A stretch of DNA of 63,766 bases, the filler included, from Olpidium bornovanus S191 (Eukaryota > Fungi > Olpidiomycota): NCBI GenBank assembly GCA_017911155.1. It is 32 parts of 32 records of this genome, joined end to end, with 100 filler letters (N's around TTAATTAATTAA, not from the genome) between each part and the next. Parts side by side here need not be neighbours in the genome. Positions count along the whole stretch, not along the records: positions 1 to 3,392 come from JAEFCI010012372.1; positions 3,493 to 5,873 come from JAEFCI010004601.1; positions 5,974 to 7,021 come from JAEFCI010007310.1; positions 7,122 to 8,474 come from JAEFCI010003462.1; positions 8,575 to 12,948 come from JAEFCI010006448.1; 27 more parts are not named here. One strand, written 5' to 3'. The notes below the pieces were generated by a model. The model ran no database searches. It saw only the letters and a list, made by a program, of their open reading frames with translations, and had not been told where the DNA came from. The position numbers and the translations under genes were made by a program. Positions 1 through 11,429 of this stretch are shown here, in pieces (position 1 is the stretch's first letter; every line of letters starts with the position of its first letter).

Positions 1-292
1 CATGTCACGTGGCTCAGGGCTCAAAGGAGGTGTGTGTTCGGCCTCTATTGATCACATCTTTCAGTAAAGAAAAAAAAAAGAAAAAAAAAAAAGAAAAAAG
101 GGACCGTTGCTGTTCGGGGAACTGCCGCAGACGTCCGGGCCACGCTCCCCTCATTCCGTGGTGGTTGTTTCCCGTAGCGCCTTTAGTTGTTTTTCCGCGC
201 CAGGAGGAGCGTATATACTTTGCGGGCCCGCTTGTGAGAGAGGAGAGGTGCTGTCTGTTGTCTTTGCGGCGCCCGGTGTCGCTATCCGCAAA

Positions 293-1732
293 ATGTCCAG
301 CTTTCCGGACTACTACACCGTGCTCGGTGCGGACCCCTTCGCCGACCAGAACCAGATCAGGGAGTAAGTGCGCCGCGCGCCGAAGGTCGCTCTTCCTCCC
401 CCGGTGCGGCTCTTCCCCGGGGGACGCTGTCCGGGGTCGGCGGCCGCCGCCGGTTTTGGGGCATCGGACGTTCGGACCCACGCCCTGGCTTTCGGAACCC
501 GCCGCTCCGCGAGAGCCGTGGACGGACACTGCGCCGCGTGTCCGGCCAGGAACCCGGCGACTCCCGCGCCTTCTTCCAGCTTTTCTTGTCCGCCGGGCCC
601 CGGGGTCGGTTCGATTTGGGGAGAAATATCGCGCCGTTGTCGCGCTGATCCCCGCTTTGTCCGGTGCGCCCCGGGCCCACTGTTCGCCCGACCGTTTCGT
701 CAGAGCATACAAGAGGGAGTCGCTACGCCATCACCCCGACAGAAATCAGTGCACCGAGGAGTCAACACGAAGCTTCCAACAGGTAACAAAAGAAAAAACG
801 AGAAGAAACATCCTAAGATGGTTGCCAGCCGGTGTTTTCGCTCTTAAGCCGAGTTCGTGTTTCATAGCGTACAAGACTGGCGAAAAACGCGATGGGGGGT
901 TTTTTTTTTCCTCCTGCTTTTGACAAGCCGGAACCGTCTCTCGCACCCCCTCCCCTTTCTTCTCCTTTACTCAAGATCGCGGACGCGTACTTTGTCCTGT
1001 CCGACCCTGGACGGCGAGCGTCGTACGATTCCGCATACCGAACCGTCTACGGGTCCGGTTCGCGACGGCAAACCGCCGCCGGCCCAGCTAGACAACAAGC
1101 TCGGCAGTGGAACGACGTGCACGCCGAGGCCGACGCGGTGTTTGGCGACGTCTTTTACGACTTGCTAAAGCCGGAGGTGGATAACCCGTGGTGGTTTTGG
1201 ACACCTGTCGGGACGATAGCCGGAATAGGTGAGAGACTTCGGCCGCCCACCCTCGCGCACCGCCCCACCCGGCCGGCCCCCGCCCGCCGAAAATTCCCGG
1301 GGGTATCTTGGCGACCGCGGGATTCTTCTCCCGCCCGGAAAAAGTGCGGGCTTCGTTTCCATTGGCCGAGGAAGAGTCATTTTTCTGCGAGCGGGAACAC
1401 CGGCGGCCGTCCAGACGAAGGTTTCGCATCGGCCCTTTCCCCCCCCCCTTCCCCTTACAGTTCTAGGGTTTATCATCGCCAACCTTCCGGGAGCAGTACT
1501 GGTATGTAGTCACGGGATGCCGAACCTCTTTCGTTCGCCGTGGCCTGTCGAAGCGCGGACCTGGTAAATGTCAGCAAAATTCATATCTTGAACCCAGGGC
1601 GGGTACGCTGGAAACAAGCTGGGCGTTGTGCGGGACAACAAAGGCAAATCCGTCATGGAGGTCTTTAATTCTTTCTCGCACCAACGCAAGCGCGACATCC
1701 TCTCGGCGATAGCCAAAAAGGTGCTCCTATAG
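293..1732 (+). CDS. DnaJ (J-domain) protein, fungal type, 5 exons (293-363, 704-782, 976-1228, 1461-1501, 1598-1732)
   Basis: Spliced translation MSSFPDYYTVLG...AYKRESLRHHPDRN...IADAYFVLSDPGRRASYD contains the HPD motif and J-domain helices. C-terminus GFIIANLPGAVLGGYAGNKLGVVRDNKGKSV resembles a conserved fungal J-protein tail. GT-AG sites keep frame. Confidence 0.85.
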
Positions 1733-2917
1733 GCGTACGGCCCTCCGCTCAAAAACCGTCAATCGGGAAGCTCTGGGACGGTACCAGACAGCACAGGTGA
1801 CGCAGAGAGAGTTACTTCCGTCACCCGTTTGCGCTCAAACAACTCTGGATTATGTAAAGTACGGTGCTGTGAGAGCCGATTTGAAAAAAAAAGGCGGCTC
1901 TGCCATCAGCAAGGCCCTCACTGCAAGGCCTGGTTCAGCTCGATTCCGCGTCGCTCGGAACGTTTTCGTTCGCGGCGAACGCCTGGCCAGAAGAGCGCGT
2001 GTTTGAGGGGGTCCCTTTCCGTGCGGTTGATCCCGGCACACACGGTACGTTGATGAATAAAATGGGTCTAGGTGGGTTTTCGCTTCGTTCCGCTCCTGGT
2101 CAGCAGTTGGTACACAGCGCTTTGATGCTTCGAGTTGTGTTTATTCGGCACCGCCACCAGCAACATTTCGAAGAAACGACGTGCGGCGCACGCCGCGCCG
2201 CCGGAATAAAACTCGGCCGCCTCAAAAATCACGATCGTAAAAGGGAGGTGTGCGGTGGAAACGCCAATCGGCGGGTCGTGCACTTATTGCCGGAATCCAA
2301 GATAACCAACAAGACGGGCCGGCAGATGTTAAAAACCAGGGTGTCTCGTAACCCTTCATCATCCCCCCCCCCCCCCCAGATTCAAAGAACTGCCCGGGAC
2401 CCTCTCCCCCCCTAGCTTCCGATCCCGTTTTTTTTCCCTCCGCGGCAGTTATCCTGTGCTCTTCCATTTGTGTGCGCTTTGAGAAAGCTCTCCTCGACAA
2501 ATTTCTTAACAGGAATAAAAGTTTTAAAAAGTCTATGTATCTTGATGTAGAGACCTTGCGGCTATCTTGTCGGACGCTTTTTGTACAACCGCCCCGTTCG
2601 CGTCCACAGAGGCTCGAGGCGAGACGCGTCAGCGAAAAGGACAGGTCGTGAGGAGAGGGACGACCTTAAAACCGCTACGGCTCGCGTCTCACGTTAATTT
2701 TTTTTTGTCTTCGACCTCCGACGCGGTTATCCGAAAGAGAGGGTCGTACGCTTGCCAGACGCCGGCAGCAGGTGACGTGCGTGCCCAAGTTTTTGCTCTC
2801 AAGGGCTTGCTTTGCAGGGCCGACGAGTGCCCCTTTTTTCGTCAGATCCAACCCTTCGCGGCGGTTTTCGTTGTTTTCGTTGAAGAATGCCGGCCCCTGC
2901 AAAAATTTCCCCCCTCT

Positions 2918-3390
2918 TCACGGATCGGCGACGTCGGGTTCGGGGACCGCCGGGGCGGGTGCGGGGAAGCCCAAGTTGTCGAACAGCTGCCGCCACTCGT
3001 CCAGACGCGGCTCTATCGCGCGCAAGGCTTTCACGGCGTCGTCGCCCTCGGTTCCGGCCGACTGGAGGATCCCGCTCAGCAGCGACGCCGCCTTCAGAGC
3101 CTCCACCACTTCTGCCCTCTCGGTGACGGCGACCCGGACCATTTCGCCGAGAATCGTAACCAACGGCTTTTGGTTGTTGTTGTTGTCATCATCAGCGGTT
3201 ATCAGCGGAGGCGACCGGCACAGTCAGCGGCCCTGGTCTCGCCCTTCCCGCTACCTCCCCCTCACCCCCCACCCCCCCACCCCCCCACCCCCCCGGGTGC
3301 ACGGAGGGAGGTGGACGCGCGCATGCTCCTCCGCCCACACGTACGCCTTCGCCTTTCGCTTTCTCCTGCAAGGCGTTGGCGCTCCTCATG
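2918..3390 (-). CDS. hypothetical protein fragment (spliced, runs off contig)
   Basis: Helical-looking ORF VTILGEMVRVAVTERAEVVEALKAASLLSGILQ...PRLDEWRQLFDNLGF, with an upstream exon ending at a GTACGT donor. Family not recognised. Confidence 0.35.
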
Positions 3391-3392
3391 AG

Positions 3393-3492
3393 NNNNNNNN
3401 NNNNNNNNNNNNNNNNNNNNNNNNNNNNNNNNNNNNTTAATTAATTAANNNNNNNNNNNNNNNNNNNNNNNNNNNNNNNNNNNNNNNNNNNN
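3393..3492. other. artificial contig linker N44-TTAATTAATTAA-N44 (first of 31)
   Basis: The same 100-nt spacer with stops in all six frames starts at 3393, 5874, 7022, 8475, 12949, 14341, 16040, 19072, 20695, 21932, 23989, 25256, 27802, 28989, 31337, 32547, 35080, 36260, 38247, 39555, 40978, 42473, 46304, 48329, 50593, 52388, 53639, 54885, 58116, 60700, 62484. Confidence 0.98.
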
Positions 3493-4817
3493 ATGGTCTG
3501 TCTTTTTGTCGATACAGATCACAACTTTTCAACCATTCTCGGACATTCTTCCCCGTGTTTGGCCAGGAGAATCTCATCTGTACGGCGCCAATTATTTTCT
3601 TTTCGCCAGCATGCATCGTCTCGGTCTTGGACCGTAAAAAGTTCTTGTTTGCGCATTAATTGAGGTACGTAAATTTGCTTTCTAAGGTATCAAATGCCAA
3701 TTATTCTCCATTCTTCTATGCCTGACTTATCTCCAATCAACGTTCAAATCCGTTGTGTCTCCTTGTCCGTTATGTGCGTTCCGAGCAATTCTTCGATGTT
3801 TGACTTGACTGAAATAACCGTGGCGGCGAGCAGCAGGCTCTCTGCCCCTGTGAAAACGACTGATGACTTCTCTATGGAATTTCCTGGAGACACCTCTGAT
3901 GCTCAAAAAAACAAAAAAAAAGAAAAACAAAAAAAAAGAAAAACAAAAAAATAACATGATATAACAAAAAAAGCAAGAAAATCCAAGAATAAAATTAATA
4001 AAGCAAATTCTTACTGTAATCCGCTTGACTCTGCCGGTCCTTCTTTCTCCCTTTCTCTGATCAATTCTGACTGCGCATGGCATCGAAGGCAACTTGGGAA
4101 ACAATCAGGCCGTCGTGATAGAGCGTCTGCGACGTAATTATATTTTCCTGGTTGGTATTCAATGCGCATGTCAGAGCTTGAATCTTCTCAATCCAAGCGG
4201 CCTGACAACGTGACAGACGAGATTGTCGATTAAGCAATTTAAGGGCCTTGTGATTAGTCTTGGCGATCAATGTTCGTCCTTCCAGGTACGGGCAGCCTGA
4301 AGCTGGTCTCAACAAGCGCGAGGAGTTCTCGGGTCCAATATCTGCTTTCTGCATCCTTCATTGTTCGTGACCAGAATAAAGTGGGTTTGTCGTATTTGCC
4401 CTGCTCGGTATCCTGCCCAACTCGGCCACCGATTGCATATGCTGAGGCGTCAGTATAAAATACGGTGGTGGCTGCAGAATGACAGTATGTAAGAACGGGT
4501 GCTGTCATCAGTTTGTTCTGCAATATTATTCACTCCTACTTGTCGTGCGGTCCAGATCCATGGTGCGTCTAGCCGGCAAAGCAGATTTAGCGGCTTTATT
4601 ATACCAGTCTAATCCGGTATCCGTTGTTGAAAATATTTGGCCATGCCATCAAAAATGACGCAAGGTCCTCTAGGTGTACAATCTGAGGCCAGGGGGGTGA
4701 TGGCCTTAACTTAACCCGGATTTCATTGGCGTTGATGGCGTGGCCGAGGTGCTCGACCTGCGGCTCATCAAAATGGAATATTTTAGGTTTACGATAGCTC
4801 CTAATGCCTGCAAGAAT
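3493..4817 (-). mobile_element. degenerate Ty3/gypsy pol remnant (RT C-terminus, RNase H, integrase zinc-binding domain)
   Basis: In RT-RH-IN order: KPKIFHFDEPQVEHLGHAINANEI (RT); TAPVLT...FYTDASAYAIGG...WSRTMKDAESRY...ELLALVE...KTNHKAL (RNase H); HAGEKKIIGAVQMRFSWPNTGKNVREWLKSCDLY (integrase H2C2 region). Multiple frameshifts and stops. Confidence 0.85.
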
Positions 4818-5648
4818 CGTTGCAACCTTTGGGGTAGGGTTAGGGTTATCGGATATCGGATGTTTCAGTAGAATGAGAGAAAAAAAATACAAACCACAGC
4901 CGGGCCGGAAGGGCGCGCAAAAACGTGTAAGGGATCCCCATCCCAACCCTCACATCCCCTCCCCACAAAAAAAAAAAGAAAAAGCGGCCGATCGAGAAAG
5001 CATTTTTTTTTGCCCAGCCGGTCGTTCCACAACTGTGCTTCCCGCCTCCCTCCCCCCCCCTCCTTCCCCACCACATCTGCGGCCGCCTGTGAATCCGCGC
5101 GCGTCGGCTTTTCCTTTCGGGGCCGGGGGGGCGCGAGTCGCGGCTTGTTTTTTTTTTTGAGCGCGCGGTCGGCGAAAAGAAAGTCGTTTCTTTTGGGGGG
5201 GGAGGGGGGGGGGGTTGTGGTTTTTCTGAGGGGTTGGCACAAAATTGGGTTTGACGATGGGGCCGGATGTTTAGACCAAAATTCTTCTTCGGGTCGGGGC
5301 CTGAGCAAACGACCCATTGCCGACTAGGTGTAAACGATGACACCGCAAGTCCTTACCGCTTATGACACAAATGCTTCCCATCCCGCGGTTTTACGCCGAT
5401 CTCCCGCAGATTGCTTCACATTTTGCGGTTCACAGCACTCATTCCCCACAGATGGTTCTCGCAGGCAAAATCACTACGAAGAGACGCCGAATCCACTCGT
5501 TTTTCCCTGCTTTTGTGACACATTCCAGGTTTCATCTCACACAAGGAACCGCTAACTTTTTGGGAAATTTGCAGATGTTAGTCGGCAAGGTTGGGATTAA
5601 AAAATCTAACTACATACAAGCTGCCGGGAAACCCGACGGGGCATGTTA

Positions 5649-5692
<44 letters not shown>
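5649..5692. repeat. (GT)n microsatellite
   Basis: About 22 GT units with one interruption, read directly. Confidence 0.95.
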
Positions 5693-5694
<2 letters not shown>

Positions 5695-6111
5695 CGGCGT
5701 GAAAAAAAAAAAAACGGCGGGAAAAGGTATGTGCAGATGCCGGAAATTTTCGCGAAAAAAACGGCAACGGAGGTGGGAAAAAAAAAAGAAATAAAAAATG
5801 TCGTCTTCATATTATCCTTCCCCTTTTTTGTTTTAGATATCTCCCGGCCGGCGGGGTAAAGCGCCGCGCGCGGNNNNNNNNNNNNNNNNNNNNNNNNNNN
5901 NNNNNNNNNNNNNNNNNTTAATTAATTAANNNNNNNNNNNNNNNNNNNNNNNNNNNNNNNNNNNNNNNNNNNNACGAAAAAAAAAAAAAATAAATAAATA
6001 AATTTGGGAGGGGGGGAAAGAAACGCGACGCCCGGGGAGGGAAAAAGACGGGAGGAAAAAGGGGGGGGAAAGGGGGGGAAAGGCCGGGAAAAAAAAAAAG
6101 GGCACGGGCGG

Positions 6112-6167
<56 letters not shown>

Positions 6168-6173
6168 AAAAAA

Positions 6174-6214
<41 letters not shown>

Positions 6215-6287
6215 AAGCCCCGCACCACCTTTGCGGGACGAATAATTTTAACTCGGCCGCGACCCGCGCCTTTCCCTCCCTCCCCCC

Positions 6288-6328
<41 letters not shown>

Positions 6329-6658
6329 AACCCCCGGGACTGGTTCAGAGGTGGTTGACGATAAGTTTTTACGCTGACTCGAAAAAAAAAAACGCAAAAA
6401 GGCGGTCGAAACAACGGTTGGAGGGAGCTCACCGTCACGCGTGCGTGGGTGGGGTGACTCGTGTGTTCGTGCCTTTTTTCTTTCTTTCTTTTCCCGCCCC
6501 CTCTCTTCCCCCTCCCCCCCTCTTTCCCGGGCCCAAATCTTGGAAAAAAAAAATGCGCCCTCTGATCCCCACCACCACCACCACCCTCCCACACACGCGC
6601 ACACAATCGCACCTCCCGCCCGCTCCCTTTCCGGGGCAGGGGTTTTCTTCTCTCAAAA

Positions 6659-6795
6659 ATGACAGCCATCAGCAAGCCTTCGGTGCTGGTGGACATGTTC
6701 TACAAGTCTCACGTCCGGACGCCGTCCAGCCGACACCGCGACATTCAGAAGATCGTCGCCGCTCAGGTCAACGGGGAAAGGCCTCCTCGGCTGGC
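6659..6795 (+). CDS. probable first exon of an unidentified gene
   Basis: AAAATG start context, non-repetitive peptide MTAISKPSVLVDMFYKSHVRTPSSRHRDIQKIVAAQVNGERPPRL, followed by a GTATGT donor. Confidence 0.35.
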
Positions 6796-7500
6796 GTATG
6801 TGGCCCCTTCTGCCCTTTTCTCCCGTTTCTTTTTGTTTTTTTTCCTTTTTTTTCTTTTTTTCGTTCCTTGCCGCCGTTAACGAAAAATGCCATCCACCCA
6901 CCGCCGTCTCTTCCTCATTTTTCTCCCCCGCCTGTTGCAAAAAAAATTAATAATCTCACGACGGGGCCTTCCGTGCCACTCTCCTCGGCCGTCTGCATTT
7001 CCTCCCCCCCCCCCCCCCCCCNNNNNNNNNNNNNNNNNNNNNNNNNNNNNNNNNNNNNNNNNNNNTTAATTAATTAANNNNNNNNNNNNNNNNNNNNNNN
7101 NNNNNNNNNNNNNNNNNNNNNAAATCATCAAGTTACACCGCGTCCCTTCGGCGAAGAATACGGCAGATGGCCTAACCAAGGCACTTCCTCGTCCACGCTT
7201 GGAGGAGATTCGGACGGAACTTGGGATGGTGGACGTGATGGCAGAGCTATGCCGTTAGAAATCCTTTCTCCTTTTCCTTTTTTTTTTCTTTCTTTCTCCC
7301 CTTTGTTATTTTTGTCTTGAGTGCTACCCCTTGCGCTCAATCTCCGAACCTTCCCAATGTTCACACTCAATCCAAGAGGGCGCGTCAAAGTATCACATGT
7401 CACACACATAGAAGAGCTCCCGGAAGCCACCCCTCCCTTCCACTACCACACGGCGAAAATACACAATAACAACACAAAACCAACAAACCGAAAAAACGCA

Positions 7501-8215
7501 CCACGCCGGGGTGATGCGTGTCGTGGGCGCTGGCGAGGAGCTGTTGGCGCAGCTCACAGTCGGGTACGTACAGGCGATCTCCGTTGGTATAGGAGATCGT
7601 CTCTTAGCACGAATTGTCGCGCTCTGCGTGAATTCAGCTGGTGGGACACATGCTGACGAGCGAATTTGGCGTATTCGTCGTCTTCTATTTGTTGACGCAC
7701 GGCGTCACGGATGTCGCCTATCTCGATGATACTGGCGGCTCGCTCATGCTCGGAGACGAGGATCTTGGCTCGGCATTTCGGACAATTTGGCGCGAAGCTG
7801 GGCCGCCGCGACAGGATGTCTGCAACCAGGTTGGTTTTTTTGTGGTGCGTATTTTATGGTCATGTTGAGCTCTTGAAGACGCTTGATCCATCCTGCCTTT
7901 TGTTTTGACAGGCGCGTTTGGGTCTGGAGCCATTGGAGTGCTCGGTGGTCTGTCTTGGCCACGAAGGGGCGACCATCGATGTAGGGGCGGACGATGCGTA
8001 GCATCTCGACCAAGGCAAGTAGCTCTTGTTCGTAGACGTTGTAACGTGTCTCCCGATCCTGCGTTTTGCGACTCCAATATAATACTGGATGTTCGTGTCC
8101 TTCTTCGTCAATCTGGTCGATCCATCCTCCGATCGCAAACGCAGAGCTGTCATAGTGCACGACGGTCTGGAGCTCTGGGCGGAACCAGCGCGTGATCGCG
8201 CGCTCCTCGAAAATG
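7501..8215 (-). mobile_element. Ty3/gypsy pol fragment (RNase H to start of integrase zinc-binding domain)
   Basis: VHYDSSAFAIGGWIDQ...PVLYWSRKTQDRETRYNVYEQELLALVEMLRIVRPYIDGRPFVAKTDHRALQWL...WIKRLQELNMTIKY, then frameshifted RLYVPDCELRQQLLASAHDTHHPGV. Confidence 0.9.
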
Positions 8216-9769
8216 CCGGGGAGAATCATACCCTGACCGCCGTCAGCGAAACGCGCTGCGGAGCGCGAAAACGGGCAAAATTCCCCCCCCCCCCCCCTCC
8301 CCCCCTTCTTTTTTTCTTTTTTTTTTTTTCTTTTTTCTTTGGCGACCGCATGCGGGGGGTTTTTTTTTGTCTGAGGCCCGGGGAGGGGAAGGAAACTGTT
8401 GACTTCGGGTTGAAAAAGGGAGCCACTGGGGCTCTTCTATTCCTTGATTCTACCCGGGTTTATAGAGAGGGATTNNNNNNNNNNNNNNNNNNNNNNNNNN
8501 NNNNNNNNNNNNNNNNNNTTAATTAATTAANNNNNNNNNNNNNNNNNNNNNNNNNNNNNNNNNNNNNNNNNNNNCATGGACGTGGACAACAAATGAAACC
8601 GCAAGCTTGAGCTGCCCGGTACCCTCTCAACAACGTTTCCCTGGTTTCATCTTCACACCTTCACCCGTATCAAGAACCGTCCACCTTCTCCTCAATTGCC
8701 CGGGAAAACCCGCTACGGAACGAAGAATCGTCCGTTTAAGGTAGGGAGAAAAAAGGCAGGAAAGAACCAAGCCGCCGGATTCTTGTGCCCGCCCGTCTTC
8801 ACTACAATAACCAAACTTGCGTGTGTCGATTCAAATCGAATTGTTTTCTCTCTACCTCTTCTTCTAAGGGACCAAAGTAGCAGAACAAATAAAAGCGGGT
8901 GATCGGGATGGTGGGGGGAAAAACGATGAGCGACCTGGCGAACCGCTTCTAGGGTTCGACGCTGGAGTCTTTCAGAGTAGGGGTTTAGAATGTGGTTCTG
9001 TTTGGCGAGGGTGAGGCTCCGGTCTTTCTCTTGGGGGGACGTCGCGCGAAAGTTAGAGGAAACGCGTCCGTCACACAATGGGGGGGAGAGGAGAGGGGAT
9101 TAACGTGTACAGCGCTCAAGTTATCGAGCACGAGAGCCGAAGTATTGCCAGCAACTTTTCGAGCGCCAGTGGGCGTTTCCCGTTTTTTTTTTTTTTTTTC
9201 CTTCCTCCACACTGCGCCCGAGCCACACGGCCATTAGCGGAGAACTGGAATTCTGGACGCGTGCCTTTTCCGTCACGGATTACAGCACTTGGTGAAATGA
9301 GAAAGGCTTCGACCGATCAGAGAGTTTTTGGGAACCCCTCCCCGAAACTTGGAGAATGCCTCGTTGACTCGTGGCCAAATTCAAGCAAACCCTCCACTAG
9401 ATGCACAATCTTCGTAGCCTCGGCGAACATAGAAAAAAAAATACATCTCCTACTCTCGCGGCCCCAAGGGCCCCCCCTCCCATCACGATGAACACGAACT
9501 CGTGCAACAGGATCTTCCTATCCCTCCCCCCCTCGTGGTGCTTTCCTCCTCCTCCTTTGCGGCGACCCAACCACCAACCGCACCGAACTCTCTGCCGCCT
9601 CTTACGTGTACAGCCTGTGCAGGCCTCTCCTACATCCGCAACCGCGTCCGGACGCGTTTCTTCGAGTGACTTTTCTCCGGGTCAGAGCTGTTCCTTTTTC
9701 TGCGTTTCATCTTCTTCCCGTCGATGGTAGCGGTGGCGGGCGGGTTCCGGCGCTGCGCAGTGCGCTGCG

Positions 9770-10693
9770 AAGTTACTCTTTCGCTCTGGTCGAGGGTGGT
9801 GCTCTTCGAAGGGTTTCTTCTCAAAAATGACCGAGGATGAGCCATAGGTCGTCTCCGGGTCTGTCGTTCTCGGGGCCTCCGGGTCAGTTGCCAGTATTAG
9901 AGGGCTTTGGCTCTGTGGCCATCGGGCCAGCCTCCCGGCGCTCTGAGTGTGTCTCCGGGTTGGTCTCCGGCTCAGCCGGGTCCTCCTCCAGGTCACTTTC
10001 CGGATTCCCGGGATCTGTCTCCTTGGCTTCATTGGGACTGTCTCCGGGTATCTGGGTCTGTACGCTGGGACTTCCTGACGAGGCGGCTACTCCGTTGTCC
10101 AAAAACGGGCCGGCCAAGGGTATGTGCGTGGTGGCTGGATCCTTTGCACGTTTGATCCATCTTACCAGTCCTTCCCAAATTGTTCCTCTCGAAACTGGGT
10201 TAGTCCACGGACGACCGTGTGTTCGAGGGGTCCTGGGACAGGGTCTGGAGTCCCGCCTCCCACCGCACCGTTTACGGGATTTCTCGTCCAAACTTGACTA
10301 ACGCCCTGAGCCCCGCGAGATCTCCAGCACCAAAGAGGACGCAATCTTTGCATATTCGGAAGAGGCTGTCGTCCACAGTCCGTTAAGAATCAGCTCCTTT
10401 ACCTCATCCTCGCTTAGGAACATCGTCCTCGTATGGTTACAGAGAACACGGTTAACTTCAGCCTTGAGTGAACACTGTATCCCCGTCAGCGATGATGATA
10501 AGTTCCATATGTGGATAATTCACGCTGCACGCTTATCGATGATGAAGGGTTGGGCGCTTTTGAACTTTTTGTTGAGGTCCTCAATTTTTTTTTCCAGCAG
10601 AACTAGGCCACGCAAAATGGTCCTGACTGCGGCATTGTGGTCCTCATTGTACTAGACCATCGCTGTAGAATTAGCCTGTCGTTCGGTGGTCAT
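9770..10693 (-). pseudogene. decayed long ORF (about 300 codons, one frame, scattered stops), possibly retroelement gag/ORF1
   Basis: One minus frame reads as protein-like text (AAVRTILRGLVLLEKKIEDLNKKFK...SEDEVKELILNGLW...acidic P/E-rich tract) broken only by isolated TAG/TGA codons. No splice pattern; family not recognised. Confidence 0.35.
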
Positions 10694-11275
10694 GCAGATA
10701 TCATTTCTCTACTTTATTTACATCAATTTGAAGGCGCTTCACCTTTGTGGGTGGAGGGGTGGACGAGACTTTGGCCGGCCGCCGCGCCGGCACAAGAGAT
10801 CGGGTAATAGGTGATATAGGGCATTATGGTACTTCTGTGGATATAACGATATCAGCATCGCATTTAGCAGGCATTAGTATTTCATCAAATACTGTGCCGC
10901 ACTTCATCAACCACACCGTCGAACATACATCGTGTAAGCGCTACATTTTCTGCCGCATTCGTTAACGGGCGCAGCGGACGGTTCTCGGCAGGCGAGAAGG
11001 CGCAACGGCTTGGCGGTGCGAAGGGGCGAGCGGGCGAGAGAAAGACGGCGAAGCTACGGGGCCGCGGAGGCGGTCGAGAAACTTCGCACGGAAAGCTCTA
11101 GTCGAGGGGCCTTCGGGCCGCGGCAATGCTGCTGGCAACGTGGTTGAAAGGGGGCTAAATGAGGGAGCTGCCGGAAGGTAGGAAGGAGGAAGATGATTTT
11201 TTTCGCTCAGTTTTGCTTTGCGCGCCGCGGGAGAGCGGGCCGGCCGGCTCCTCTCCACCGCCTCTCAGAGTGATG

Positions 11276-11285
11276 ATCACGTGAC
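11276..11285. promoter_or_regulatory. ATCACGTGAC E-box (Cbf1/USF-like) upstream of ACY1
   Basis: Near-palindrome about 145 bp upstream of the ATG at 11430. Confidence 0.5.
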
Positions 11286-11429
11286 CCGCCGAGCACATTG
11301 CACGGATTTTTCACAACAAATCCGCCCCACGAGCCCCACGAAACACCCCGCCCCCGCCAAATTCCCGAGTTCTTTTCCGCACCCGGGAGACCTGCCTGCC
11401 AGCCCGCGAACGACCCGCGAACCGAACGC

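Noticed and set aside
5918-6696. ORFs rich in poly-K, poly-F, poly-G or poly-P (also near 14000-14396, 15736-16095, 37811-38302)
   Set aside because: They are translations of homopolymer tracts and N runs, not proteins.
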